From positions 89,523 through 153,522 of the forward strand of contig CAVSKC010000001.1 of assembly GCA_963728425.1 (NCBI GenBank): a stretch of DNA of 64,000 nucleotides. Reading direction: 5' to 3'. The position numbers were made by a program, and so were the translations under genes. The stretch comes from an uncultured Actinomycetota bacterium (GTDB taxonomy: Bacteria; Actinomycetota; Actinomycetes; JACCUZ01). How positions within the stretch are numbered: position 1 is the stretch's first letter; each line of letters begins with the position of its first letter. Of this stretch, positions 39,832-49,477 are shown in pieces. The notes under the pieces are model-generated. The model did not search any database. It saw nothing but the letters and a program-made list of their open reading frames with translations, and was not told the DNA's origin.

Positions 39832-40044
39832 ATGGCTGCTCAAGGTCCCAAGGATCGTCCCCTGTCCGAGGTCACGTTCCTCACCGTCGCCGAGGTCGCC
39901 TCGGTGATGCGGGTGTCGAAGATGACCGTCTACCGCCTCGTGCACGCGGGCACGTTGCCCGCCGTCCGCGTCGGCCGCTCCTTCCGGGTGCCGGAGCAGG
40001 CCGTGCACGACTACCTCGACCACGCCTACGTCGAGACGGCGTAG
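39832..40044 (+). CDS. Small excisionase-family HTH DNA-binding protein (Rv0500A-like)
   Basis: LTVAEVASVMRVSKMTVYRLVHAGTLPAVRVGRSFRVPEQAVHDYL HTH_17-type motif; 70 aa from the internal ATG. Confidence 0.6.
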   Translation: MAAQGPKDRPLSEVTFLTVAEVASVMRVSKMTVYRLVHAGTLPAVRVGRSFRVPEQAVHDYLDHAYVETA

Positions 40045-40055
40045 CCGCTCACCCC

Positions 40056-43000
40056 TCAGCCGGCGTCGGTCGCCGTCAACGTGAACGGAACGTCCGCACC
40101 GGTGTAGAGGTGGGTGAGGACGTACGCCGTCCCGCCCGGGACGACGCCGGACTCGTCCGGGCCTGACGTGGCGATCGACCCCAGCAGCGTGCAGTCCGCC
40201 GCGTAGAAGTAGAGGTCGAGGTCGTGCCCGGCCGGCGTCTCCTCGCCGGTCACCGTGATCGCGTGGGTCCCGTCCCCGAAGCCCGTGGGCAGGGTCGACA
40301 CCCAGCCGTCCACGCCCTGCGACGCTGGCGGCGCCGTGCAGGTCTGCTCGAACTCGTTGCCCGTCACGCCGCTGACGTTCTGCAGCCCGGTCGGGTCGCC
40401 GGCGCTCGGGTTGCCGACGGCGATCGTCCCGCTGTCGGTGAAGGTCGGGTCGGCCGGCGGTGCGACGGGCGACACGCCCTTCGCGCTGCCGAAGACCTGC
40501 AGCTCGGCCGCCTCGGCGTGGTCGAGCGTCTCGCCCTGCACCGAGTCGGCGAAGAACCGGACGTAGGTCGCCTTCACCGGCTTGTCCAGCGTGAACGTCT
40601 TGTAGTTGAGGTCCGGCGCGGTCGGTCGCGGGGTCTGGTAGCCGAAGCCACCGGTCTTCACGGTCTTCCACAGCACGCCGTCGGAGGACACCTGGAAGGT
40701 GAAGTCCTTGAGAGCCGAGAAGCGGCTCGACGTCGTGTTCTTGAAGGCGCTCACCTGCAGCCGGTCGATCGTCGACGGCTTGGCCAGCTGGACGGTCACC
40801 CGCTCGTCCGGGCCGTTGTTGTACGGCGTCGCACTCTTCTTCGTCGCCCACACGCTGGCTGCGGTGTCGTCGAGCAGGAACTCGGCCGGCAGGCCGGCGT
40901 CCTCGCTCGACACGTTGACCAGCTTGGCGCCGGCCGCGGTCGAGGTGAGGTTGGGCGCGACGGTGAAGGCGAGCGACGTGGTCCGCCCGGCGGTGACTGC
41001 GACGCCGCGGAACTGCTGCGCGCCGAAGCCCGGTGCCGTGATGAGCAGGTCGTAGGTGCCCGCGGCCATCTTGGCCCCGAAGCCACCACTGTCCGAGGTG
41101 CGCGCCAGCGGTGTCACCCGGGCCTCGAACTCGCCCACGATCACCTTGGCGCCCTGGACCGGCTCGCCGGTCGCCCCGTTGACGACCCGGCCGACCAGCA
41201 GCCCGTTGCTCGCGTCCGCCGCGTGGTCGAACGCGGGCGTCGGGTTGGTGTCGTCACCGGTCGCGCTCGACGCGGAGGCGCCGGCGCCGCGGTGCGCGAA
41301 CACCGTCCAGATCGTGTCGGTGTTGTCGCCGTGGTAGCGGTCGGTGTCGGCCGCCAGGATCGCGTCGCGCATGTCGAGGAAGGACGGGTCCGGTGCCGAC
41401 AGCGGCATCGCGTCGGTCACCAAACGAGCAGCCACATCGGAGCCCTGCGCCTGGCCGTACTGCGCGACCAGCTTCTTGCGCAGCTCCCACAGCGTCGCCG
41501 TCCAGATCTCGCCGTCGGCGTGCACCTCGGGGCCGGTCAGGTCATAGCCGATGTCGCCGAAGTTCGTCGGGTTCTGGTCGTAGGCCCAGTTGCGGATGCC
41601 ACGGATCGGGTTGCCGGTGGCGTACTCGCCGACGACCGACTTCGAGTAGAGACCCTCGCGGTGCAGGTAGTTGAGGCCGTACCAGTCGCCCCAGCCCTCG
41701 CCCATCGAGCCGGACTGGTGCGAGCCGAGCGCCTCGCCGCCAGCGACGTAGCGCGTCGACAGGCCGTGGGCGTACTCGTGCTCGATCACGCTCGCGTCGA
41801 AGTTGCCGTCGGAGTACGGCCCCTCGAACGCGTCGTTGATCGGCTCCCACAGGAACATCCCGCTCCACGACGGGACGCCGTCCGGCAGCGTGAGGAAGTA
41901 GGCGTTGTCGCGCCCGGTGTAGGTGGGCGCACCGCCGCTCGCGGCGCCGGCGTGCACCAGGCCGAGGACCGGGTCGCCGCCGTCGGTCTGGAAGTTGCCG
42001 GCCGACTCGGTGAAACCGAAGTCGTAGAACTCGTCGTGGATCCGGTTGTGCTGCCAGAAGAGGTTGGTCGCCGCCGGGTTCAGGTCCAGTGCGTAGGACG
42101 GGGGCACGATCGCGCCCTTCGTCTTCTGCCAGTTCATGTCGTAGGTGTAGTTGAACTGGCTGGTCGGCGAGACCGGGCGGGGACCCTCGTCCGCAGGCAC
42201 CAGGAAGTTCGAGTAGTTGGCGTAGGTGTTGGCGTTGTTGCCGAAGGTCGTCGGGCCACCGAGGCCGGCCAGACCGGTCGGGTCGGTGTAGCCGGACGGC
42301 GACTCGGCGGTCGGCCCGAAGGACTTCACGACCGGCTGGCCGCCCTTGGGGGCGCCGGGGAAGTTCTCGTAGACGGTGCCCTCGCTGTCGTTCTTCACCA
42401 GGCTCTGCTTCCAGAGCACTGCTCCGGTCTGTGCATCGACCACGGTGTCCCAGGCGCGGTCGAGCTTCTCGACGAGCAGCACCCGGTAGGCGGCGCGGGC
42501 CCCGTCGGCGGTCGGGAAGACCGCCTTCTTCGCGTACGACGGCGCGGCGAACGGACCCTTCGCGAACGCGGTGTACCCGGCCACGTCACCCGTGGCGCTC
42601 GGCGTGATCGAGGTGCCCGCCAGCTGCTGCGCGGCCGACGCCAGCGTCTGGCCGGCGGACATCGACCAGGAGCCGGTCAGCTGCGACCCGCGGGTCGGGT
42701 TGCCGCCGTAGGACAGCACCTTGCCGTCCTGGGTGACGGCGATGTTCAGCCGGCCGCCCTGGACCGCCTCGACGCCGTCGAAGACCTGGGTGAGGGTGAC
42801 GACCCGGGTACCGGTGCCGGGCAGCGCGTGGTTGCGGCTGACCGCAAGCGCGTCGACCTGCGCTGCGCTCAGGCCGAAGGCCTCTTGGTTGTCGGCCACC
42901 CAGGAGCGGGCCACGTCGACGGCGGAGCCGCTGCGGGCGCCGGTCAGGTAGCCGCCGGTGCCGGTCGCGGTGCGCGGCGTGCCGAAGCGCTCGTCCCAGG

Positions 43001-43238
43001 TGACCCGGGCGCCCTTCGGTGCGTCGGCGACCAGGGCCCGCGCGGCCACCAGCTGGGCGGTGGTGGGGGCCAGTGCGGCGGTCACGTCGCGGGTGTCGGT
43101 CGCGGCCGAGCCGCTGCCGGTCGCGAGGACCGGCGAGATGGTGGCGGACGCCGGGGGCAGCATCGCCGCTGTCAGGGCGAGCGTCGCCACGGCGGTGGCG
43201 CTGGCGAGAGCGCGTCGGGTGGTGAGGGGTCTCGGCAT
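40056..43238 (-). CDS. Secreted M36 (fungalysin-type) zinc metalloprotease with discoidin (F5/8 type C) and C-terminal pre-peptidase-like domains; Tat signal peptide
   Basis: N-terminal TRRALASATAVATLALTAAM twin-arginine signal, FTP-like propeptide, HEYAHGLS zinc site plus EGWGDWY third ligand, FA58C-like region (WATKK...QVFG), 1060 aa. Confidence 0.8.
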   Translation of the reverse strand: MPRPLTTRRALASATAVATLALTAAMLPPASATISPVLATGSGSAATDTRDVTAALAPTTAQLVAARALVADAPKGARVTWDERFGTPRTATGTGGYLTGARSGSAVDVARSWVADNQEAFGLSAAQVDALAVSRNHALPGTGTRVVTLTQVFDGVEAVQGGRLNIAVTQDGKVLSYGGNPTRGSQLTGSWSMSAGQTLASAAQQLAGTSITPSATGDVAGYTAFAKGPFAAPSYAKKAVFPTADGARAAYRVLLVEKLDRAWDTVVDAQTGAVLWKQSLVKNDSEGTVYENFPGAPKGGQPVVKSFGPTAESPSGYTDPTGLAGLGGPTTFGNNANTYANYSNFLVPADEGPRPVSPTSQFNYTYDMNWQKTKGAIVPPSYALDLNPAATNLFWQHNRIHDEFYDFGFTESAGNFQTDGGDPVLGLVHAGAASGGAPTYTGRDNAYFLTLPDGVPSWSGMFLWEPINDAFEGPYSDGNFDASVIEHEYAHGLSTRYVAGGEALGSHQSGSMGEGWGDWYGLNYLHREGLYSKSVVGEYATGNPIRGIRNWAYDQNPTNFGDIGYDLTGPEVHADGEIWTATLWELRKKLVAQYGQAQGSDVAARLVTDAMPLSAPDPSFLDMRDAILAADTDRYHGDNTDTIWTVFAHRGAGASASSATGDDTNPTPAFDHAADASNGLLVGRVVNGATGEPVQGAKVIVGEFEARVTPLARTSDSGGFGAKMAAGTYDLLITAPGFGAQQFRGVAVTAGRTTSLAFTVAPNLTSTAAGAKLVNVSSEDAGLPAEFLLDDTAASVWATKKSATPYNNGPDERVTVQLAKPSTIDRLQVSAFKNTTSSRFSALKDFTFQVSSDGVLWKTVKTGGFGYQTPRPTAPDLNYKTFTLDKPVKATYVRFFADSVQGETLDHAEAAELQVFGSAKGVSPVAPPADPTFTDSGTIAVGNPSAGDPTGLQNVSGVTGNEFEQTCTAPPASQGVDGWVSTLPTGFGDGTHAITVTGEETPAGHDLDLYFYAADCTLLGSIATSGPDESGVVPGGTAYVLTHLYTGADVPFTLTATDAG

Positions 43239-43319
43239 CGGGCGGGTCCTTCCGCGGGCCGGGCCCGGCGGCCCGATGCCGCCGAGCGGAGGGGCTCGTC
43301 ACCCCGTCGAACGAGCGGA

Positions 43320-43335
43320 CGTGACCGAGGTCACG
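43320..43335. promoter_or_regulatory. Perfect palindrome cGTGACCgaGGTCACg in the divergent promoter region between the M36 protease and bS22 genes
   Basis: 7-2-7 inverted repeat seen directly, next to an unusually AT-rich 55-bp stretch (TTGATC...CGCCAT...CGCCAT...TTGATC). Confidence 0.4.
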
Positions 43336-43507
43336 GTTTGATCTGACGCCATTACTCCCGAAAACGCCATATTTGTCACATTGATCTTGCCGGTGCGGCC
43401 GCCCGCCCGGCCGCCCGGTAGAGTTCCCTGCGGGTCGTGCGGGGCGAGAACTCGCCCGCCCGCGCCGACAGGTCAGTCCTCGCACCGCCATCGAACGAAG
43501 GTTCTCC

Positions 43508-43606
43508 GTGGGTTCCGTCATCAAGAAGCGCCGCAAGCGCATGGCCAAGAAGAAGCACCGCAAGCTGCTGAAGAAGACGCGCGTCCAGCGCCGCAACAAG
43601 AAGTAG
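43508..43606 (+). CDS. Ribosomal protein bS22 (Rv0500B-like 32-aa basic peptide)
   Basis: GTG start with GAAGG 8 nt upstream. Translation VGSVIKKRRKRMAKKKHRKLLKKTRVQRRNKK matches the actinobacterial bS22 peptide. Below the ORF-track size cutoff. Confidence 0.7.
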   Translation: MGSVIKKRRKRMAKKKHRKLLKKTRVQRRNKK

Positions 43607-43642
43607 CCGCGGGTCCGGGCAGAGCGCTGCGGGAGGTCGGTC

Positions 43643-44704
43643 GTGGGGCGGGTCGTCATGGTCACCGGGGTGTCGCGATACCTGGGCGGCAGGTTCACCC
43701 AGCTGCTGCAGGCGGACCCCGACATCTCCCGGGTCATCGGTGTCGACGTGGTCCCCCCGAAGGCCGATCTCGGTGACGCCGAGTTCGTGCGGGCCGACAT
43801 CCGCAACCCGGTGATCGGGAAGGTCATCGCCCAGGCCGAGGTCGACACCGTCGTGCACATGGCGGTGCTCGCCACCCCGCTCGACGCGGGCGGCCGGGCG
43901 ATGATGAAGGAGATCAACGTCATCGGCACCATGCAGCTGCTGGCCGCCTGTCAGAAGGCTCCCAGCGTGCGCAAGCTGGTGGTGAAGTCCTCGACCGCCG
44001 TCTACGGCTCCTCGCCGCAGGACCCGGCGCTGTTCACCGAGGATCTCGAGCCCAACGCGATGGCCCGCAGCGGCTACGCCAAGGACTCGGTCGAGGTCGA
44101 GGGCTACGTGCGCGGGTTCGCCCGTCGCCGCCCGGACGTCGCGGTCACCACGCTGCGGTTCGCCAACTTCGTCGGCCCGAAGGTGACCACCCCGCTGACG
44201 TCCTACTTCTCCCTCCCCGTCGTGCCGACGGTGCTGGGCTTCGACCCACGGATGCAGTTCGTGCACGAGCGGGACGGCCTCGAGGTGCTCTGGCGGGTCA
44301 CGCTCGGCGACCACGGCGGCACCTTCAACATCGCCGGCGACGGCGTGGTGACGCTGTCCCAGGCCATCCGCCGGGCCGGCCGACCGTCGATCCCGCTGCC
44401 GCAGCCCGCGGCACCGTGGATCGGCCAGGTCCTGCGCCGCCTCGGCATCGCCGACTTCTCCTCCGAGCAGCTGCGCTTCCTGTCCTACGGCCGGGTCGTC
44501 GACACCACCCGGATGAAGGACGTGCTCGGCTTCACCCCCCGCTACTCGACTCGCGAGGCCTTCGACGACTTCGTGGCCCGGCAGGGGCTGCACGGCCCGC
44601 TGTCGGCCGACGTCGTGGGTGCCGTCGAGGAGAAGGTCGTCGACGTGCTCGGGTCCGTGACGAGCAGGTCCGGCGGGACGAGGGCGGCGGTCTCGGATGC
44701 CTGA
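43643..44704 (+). CDS. NAD-dependent epimerase/dehydratase (GalE2/Rv0501-like)
   Basis: VMVTGVSRYLGGR Rossmann motif, YxxxK (YAKDS...), 353 aa. Confidence 0.8.
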   Translation: MGRVVMVTGVSRYLGGRFTQLLQADPDISRVIGVDVVPPKADLGDAEFVRADIRNPVIGKVIAQAEVDTVVHMAVLATPLDAGGRAMMKEINVIGTMQLLAACQKAPSVRKLVVKSSTAVYGSSPQDPALFTEDLEPNAMARSGYAKDSVEVEGYVRGFARRRPDVAVTTLRFANFVGPKVTTPLTSYFSLPVVPTVLGFDPRMQFVHERDGLEVLWRVTLGDHGGTFNIAGDGVVTLSQAIRRAGRPSIPLPQPAAPWIGQVLRRLGIADFSSEQLRFLSYGRVVDTTRMKDVLGFTPRYSTREAFDDFVARQGLHGPLSADVVGAVEEKVVDVLGSVTSRSGGTRAAVSDA

Positions 44705-45838
44705 CGCCAGGGTGATCCCCATCGGCGGCGACGACCGGCCACCGCGCCGGGCCTCGGCCGCCGACGCGGTGGCCGCGGGTGCGTCCCGCGCCTCCGGTGA
44801 ACGGGCTCGCCGCCGCTCCGGCTCACCGCTGCTCGGCGGTACGCCGGCCCCGGCCGAGGCCGCCGCACCCGCGCGGCCGGCCCGCCGGCGTACCGCGAAG
44901 AAGACGCCACCGCCGCCGGCGACCCCTCCGCCGGAGCCGGTCGAGACCGTCCTCGACGAGCCGGAGACCGGCGCACCCCCGGTCGCCCCTCGGTGCTGCC
45001 CGAGTGGGAGCGCAAGGTGGCGGCGAGCCTGGCCTTCGTCCGGCGCCGGCTGACCGGTGACGTCGAGGTCGACGAGTTCGGCTTCGACCCCGAGCTCACC
45101 GACCACGTGCTGCTGGCGCTGCTGCGACCGCTCTACGAGCACTACTTCCGGGTCGAGGTCCGGGGGATCGAGAACGTTCCGGCCGAGGGCGGTGCGCTGG
45201 TGGTCGCCAACCACTCGGGCACCGTGCCGCTGGACTCCCTGATGACCCAGATCGCGCTGCTCGACCATCACCCGGCGCACCGGCACCTGCGGATGCTCGG
45301 CGCCGACCTGGTGTTCCAGACCCCGGTGATCAGCGAGCTGGCGCGCAAGAGCGGCACCACGCTGGCGTGCAACGCCGATGCCGAGCGGCTGCTCGGCAAG
45401 GGCGAGCTGGTCGGTGTCTGGCCCGAGGGCTTCAAGGGCATCGGGAAGCCGTTCTCGGAGCGGTACAAGCTGCAGCGGTTCGGCCGGGGCGGCTTCGTGT
45501 CGGCCGCGCTGAAGGCCGGGGTGCCGATCGTGCCGTGCTCGATCATCGGCGCGGAGGAGATCTACCCGATCCTCGGCAACGTGAAGACGCTGGCCCGGCT
45601 GCTGGGCCTGCCCTACGTGCCGGTCACGCCGACGTTCCCTTGGCTGGGTCCGCTCGGCGCGATCCCGCTGCCGAGCAAGTGGATCATCGAGTTCGGCGAG
45701 CCGGTGCCCACCGACGGCTACGGGCCCGGCTCGGCCGACGACCCGATGCTCGTCTTCAACCTCACCGACCAGGTGCGCGAGACGATCCAGCACACGCTCT
45801 ACCGGCTGCTGATGGCCCGCCGCTCGATCTTCTTCTGA
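44697..45838 (+). CDS. Rv0502-like protein: disordered Pro/Ala-rich N-terminal region + lysophospholipid (PlsC-type) acyltransferase domain; apparent frameshift at a C5 run near 44970
   Basis: Acyltransferase motifs VANHSGTVPLD (HX4D) and VWPEGF..GKPF in frame 44993..45838. The upstream frame carries the N-terminal region and overlaps the epimerase stop. Confidence 0.65.
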
Positions 45839-45856
45839 TCGGGAGCGTGGCCCTCC

Positions 45857-45913
45857 CCATGATCGTGAGGGGAATCGGCAGTCAGTAGCGACCGAATCCC
45901 CTCACGATCATGG
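45857..45913 (+). terminator. 17-bp perfect-stem hairpin (CCATGATCGTGAGGGGA / TCCCCTCACGATCATGG, 23-nt loop) 19 nt after the acyltransferase stop; possible U-tract-less terminator or protein-binding palindrome
   Basis: Inverted repeat read directly; followed by TTCTTCGG. Confidence 0.35.
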
Positions 45914-46223
45914 TTCTTCGGCGATGTCGCCAACCGCTCCCGCCGCATCTCCAGCACCGCGAGGCCGCGATCCGTCCAGCCCGGTCCCTTCACGCACCCT
46001 GGCGGTGGCGGTGCCGTCAGCAAGGAGAAGCGCGCCGGACCGGTTTCCACCACGTTGGGGAGGCAGCGAGGCTCGGTGCTGTTCCTTCCTGACGGCACCG
46101 CTGCCCTGCGGCCAGACCGCGGCACAGCCGTCTGTGGCGACAGCCCCGTGGATCCTTCCGATCACGATTGAGCAAGAGGTAGGTGCCCAGCTCACCCTCG
46201 TTGCCTTGATAGCGCGGGTAACG

Positions 46224-46343
46224 GCACCTACGGCGTGGTTGTCCACAGCAGCGTTTCCGCGGGAACGCTTGGCTTCGCCGCGGCACCTACCGAGTCGGCT
46301 GTCCACAGAGACGTTCCCGCGGGAACGCTTCCGCGATCAGAAG
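46224..46343. repeat. Two tandem 60-bp direct repeats, each = GGCACCTAC(C) - N8 - TGTCCACAG - N3 - perfect 18-bp palindrome (A/G)CGTTYCCGCGGGAACGC
   Basis: Seen directly; the palindrome GCGTTCCCGCGGGAACGC is its own reverse complement; located in a 650-bp gene-free gap. Confidence 0.6.
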
Positions 46344-46487
46344 GGCACCGATGCGCGGCGGAGTGCCTCCACGAGGCGCTCGCGGACGGCCAAGCAGGGC
46401 GACCGGTCGCACCGGATACCGAGCGGTTCGACCTACCAACATCACGCGACGGATTTATACCCACGCACCTCAGCCTGCTGCCGCAAC

Positions 46488-47687
46488 TCAGCAGGCGGTG
46501 AGCGGCGGCACGGGGACGCACAGGCTGACGCTGGGCAGGGCGCTGGACGACGGCAGCGGCACCGCGCTGGTCACCGAACCCACCGGGTCGGTCACCAGCG
46601 GGCTGCTGGTCGGCAGCGGCGCGACCGACACCGTCGGGAGCGGGGACGGCAACAGCCGCGGGGGGTCGGAGCTCGAGCTGGTGGCCCCGCCGGTCAGGCC
46701 GCCGACCACACCACCCACCAACCCCCCGCTGGACGTGCTGCCGGTGCCGCCCCCGGTCGAGGTGTCGCCGCCGCCGACGGTGCCGCCGGTGACGTCGCCG
46801 ACCGTGTCCAGGACGCCCCCGACCGGTGCGGTGGCGCCGTCGGCCGCTGCGGCCTTGGTCGCGTCCAGCCGCCGGCTGACCGCCCATCCGTCACCGTCGG
46901 CCGTGAGCGCGTTCGCAGGCAGCGCTGTCCCCCGGGTCACCGCGGTGGCCTGCGCGTCGAGCTGGGTCAGCTGGTCGACCAGCGCCCGGGCGAGCGGCCG
47001 CAGGCTCGGGTCGAGCAGGCCCATGAGGTCCTGGAGCCGCTCGCGCTGGTCGAGCACGAACCGGTCGAGCAGGATCATCGCCTCCTCGTCGCCGGTCTCC
47101 TCGTAGGCCTCGGACAGGTCAGCGGCGCCGGCGGTCACGGCCGCGGCCATGTCCCGCAGGGCCTGCCCCACCAGGGCCCGGGTCTCCGGGTCGCTGCCGT
47201 CCTCACCTGCGGTCAGTCGCTCGGCCTCGGTGAGCCGGGCGTCGGCCTGCTCGAGCAGCTCGCGACCATGACCCAGGTCACCCCGGGCCAGGGCGAGCTG
47301 GCCGGCCTCGATCTGGCGCTTCAGGCCGTAGAGCGTGTCGCCGGGCAGCGCCCGGGTGCTCGCCGCGGCCGCGCCGACACCGGCCACGACGGAGGCGACC
47401 GCCACCGTCGCCACCAGCTGGCGCAGCCGGGACGGGGCGCTCGGCCTGGCCCGTGCAGCCGGTACGACGGGTGGGGTCACCCGCGCGGCCGCCTCGGTGA
47501 CCAGCCGGTCCCGCAACGCGGCCCGGAAGGCGTCGTCAGGGGCGTGCTCGACCGGCGACAGCGCTCGGGCGAGCGACACCAGGTCGGCGAGCTCCGCGGC
47601 CGATGCGGGCGAGCTGGCCCGGCCGCCGTCGAGCAGCGCCTGCAGGTCGTCCGCCTGCCGCCGGCGGGCCGCCATCACGATGGTCAT
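46488..47687 (-). CDS. rsdA: Anti-sigma factor (RsdA-like) with S/T/G/P-rich extracytoplasmic tail
   Basis: N-terminal anti-sigma domain ([10 protein letters not shown]...), single TM helix ([18 protein letters not shown]), long low-complexity C-terminus ending in Cys. ATG preceded by GGAGGGGGG; sits downstream of the ECF sigma gene. Confidence 0.65.
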   Translation of the reverse strand: MTIVMAARRRQADDLQALLDGGRASSPASAAELADLVSLARALSPVEHAPDDAFRAALRDRLVTEAAARVTPPVVPAARARPSAPSRLRQLVATVAVASVVAGVGAAAASTRALPGDTLYGLKRQIEAGQLALARGDLGHGRELLEQADARLTEAERLTAGEDGSDPETRALVGQALRDMAAAVTAGAADLSEAYEETGDEEAMILLDRFVLDQRERLQDLMGLLDPSLRPLARALVDQLTQLDAQATAVTRGTALPANALTADGDGWAVSRRLDATKAAAADGATAPVGGVLDTVGDVTGGTVGGGDTSTGGGTGSTSSGGLVGGVVGGLTGGATSSSSDPPRLLPSPLPTVSVAPLPTSSPLVTDPVGSVTSAVPLPSSSALPSVSLCVPVPPLTAC

Positions 47688-47766
47688 CGGTCGGCCCCCC
47701 TCCGGTCGTCGCCCACGATGCCGACCTGACAACGACCCCGACGGGCGGGGGTTACGGCACGGCGGC

Positions 47767-48411
47767 TCATCGCGCGTGCTCCGGCAGCAGCTTGGCCAGG
47801 GTCCGCACGGCCCGCAGCTGCAGCTGCTTGACCGCGCCCTCGGACCGGCCCATGACCCCCGACGTCTCGGCCACCGACAGGCCCTGTAGGAACCGCAGCA
47901 CGATGCACTCCTGCTGCTCCGGCTTGAGCTGGCGCACCGCGTCGAGCAGGGCGGCGTCCCGTAGCTTCTCGATAACCTGGGTCTCGACGCCGTCGTCGCC
48001 TGGCGACGACTGGTCGGCGTCGAGCATGTCGGCCGTGCTCACCTCGAGCTTGAACCGGCTGGACTTCACGTGGTCGGTGACCAGGTTGCGGGCGATGGTG
48101 GTGAACCAGGCGCCGATGTCCTTGCCGGTGTAGGTGAACGAGTCGATCCGGCGCAGGGCGCGCAGGAACGTCTCGGACGTCAGGTCCTCGGCCAGCGCGT
48201 GGGAGCCCACCCGGTAGTAGAGGTAGCGGTAGATCTGGTCGACGTACCGGTCGTAGACGAGCCCGAAGGCCTCGGCGTCGCCCTGCTGGGCCAGCGTGAC
48301 CAGGGCGTTGACGCGGTCCCGCTCCGGGTCGTCCGGCTGGTGACTGCCGTCGTGGGCGCCGCCGGGGGCCGGCACCGTCCCCGTGCCGCCCGCCGTCGCC
48401 ATCGCCAGCAC
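47767..48411 (-). CDS. sigD: ECF-family RNA polymerase sigma factor (SigD-like)
   Basis: Region 2 ([17 protein letters not shown]...) and region 4 ([32 protein letters not shown]); followed by its anti-sigma gene as for mycobacterial sigD-rsdA. Confidence 0.8.
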   Translation of the reverse strand: MLAMATAGGTGTVPAPGGAHDGSHQPDDPERDRVNALVTLAQQGDAEAFGLVYDRYVDQIYRYLYYRVGSHALAEDLTSETFLRALRRIDSFTYTGKDIGAWFTTIARNLVTDHVKSSRFKLEVSTADMLDADQSSPGDDGVETQVIEKLRDAALLDAVRQLKPEQQECIVLRFLQGLSVAETSGVMGRSEGAVKQLQLRAVRTLAKLLPEHAR

Positions 48412-48589
48412 GAGCCCGCGCAGGCTCGGGCAGCGCGACGGGCGCGAGCAAGGCGCGCACGGCGTCCCCCTTCGTGGCGGCAGCGGGTGTGACGCGGCAC
48501 CTACCCGGACGCGGGACGTGACGAACGTCTCGGGCGGCTACCCGACGGTAACCTGAGGGTGCAGCAGGGGCCAAATCCGACTCGAACCG

Positions 48590-49477
48590 TCTCAGCGGGA
48601 CTTGCGCCGGGCCGACGGCGGCGGCCAGCGCGCCGGCCAGGGCGCCCGCGGCCGCGGCGGTGGGCACGCCGACCTTCACCGCCTTGCGGCCGGTGCGGTA
48701 GTCACGGACCCGCCAGCCGTTCTCCCGCGCGTGCGCCCGCAGCCGGGCGTCCGGGTTGATCGCGCACGGGTGCCCGACCAGGGACAGCATCGGGATGTCG
48801 TTCGCCGAGTCGGAGTACGCCGAGCAGGCGCCGAGGTCGAGGCCCTCGCGGCGGGCCAGGGCCGTGACCGCCTCGGCCTTCGCCTCGCCGTGCAGGATCT
48901 CGCCGACCAGGCGACCGGTGTAGACGCCGTCCTCGGTCTCCGCGACGGTGCCCAGTGCGCCGGTGAGACCCAGCCGGGTGGCGATCACGGTGGCCACCTC
49001 GACCGGCGTGGCCGTCACCAGCCAGACCCGCTGGCCGGCGTCGAGGTGCATCTGGGCCAGGGCCCGGGTGCCCGGCCACACCTTGGTGGCCATCACCTCG
49101 TCGAAGACCTCCTCGCCGATGGTCGTCAGCTCGGCCACCGTGTGCCCGGCCGCGAAGGACAGCGCCGTCTCGCGGGCCTCGTGCACGTTGCCCATGTCCT
49201 CGCGGCCCACGACCCGGAACTTGGTCTGCTGCCAGGCGAACCGGCCGATGTCGCGAGCGGTGAAGAAGTCTCGCGCGTACAGACCGCGGGCCAGGTGGAA
49301 GATCGACGCGCCCTGCATCACCGTGTTGTCCACGTCGAAGAAGGCCGCCGCGCGCGGGTCCAGCGGCACCAGCAGCGCTGCCTCGACCTGCGCCGCGGCC
49401 GCCGACGCCTCGCCCGCGACGACCGCGTCGGGGTCCGGGCCGGAGGTCGCGTCCCGGGACCGCCGCAGCCGCACCAT
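48590..49477 (-). CDS. HAD-IB family hydrolase (SerB-like phosphatase); 3' end uncertain
   Basis: DxDxT motif [11 protein letters not shown], later motifs in [10 protein letters not shown]... and [10 protein letters not shown]. The ORF continues implausibly far, so the stop is probably hidden by an indel. ATG 49477. Confidence 0.5.

Noticed and set aside
43376-45793. 805-aa minus-strand ORF covering bS22, the epimerase and the acyltransferase genes.
   Set aside because: Antisense to three genes with clear motifs. Low-complexity translation.
46224-46343. CRISPR array.
   Set aside because: Only two 60-bp units with no unique spacers and no cas genes. The repeats are palindromic operator-like sequences and not CRISPR repeats.
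46415-46440. tRNA-like GGTTCGACC T-loop-like sequence in the rsdA-downstream gap.
   Set aside because: No acceptor stem or anticodon-arm complementarity around it. No tRNA or rRNA genes are discernible anywhere in the window.
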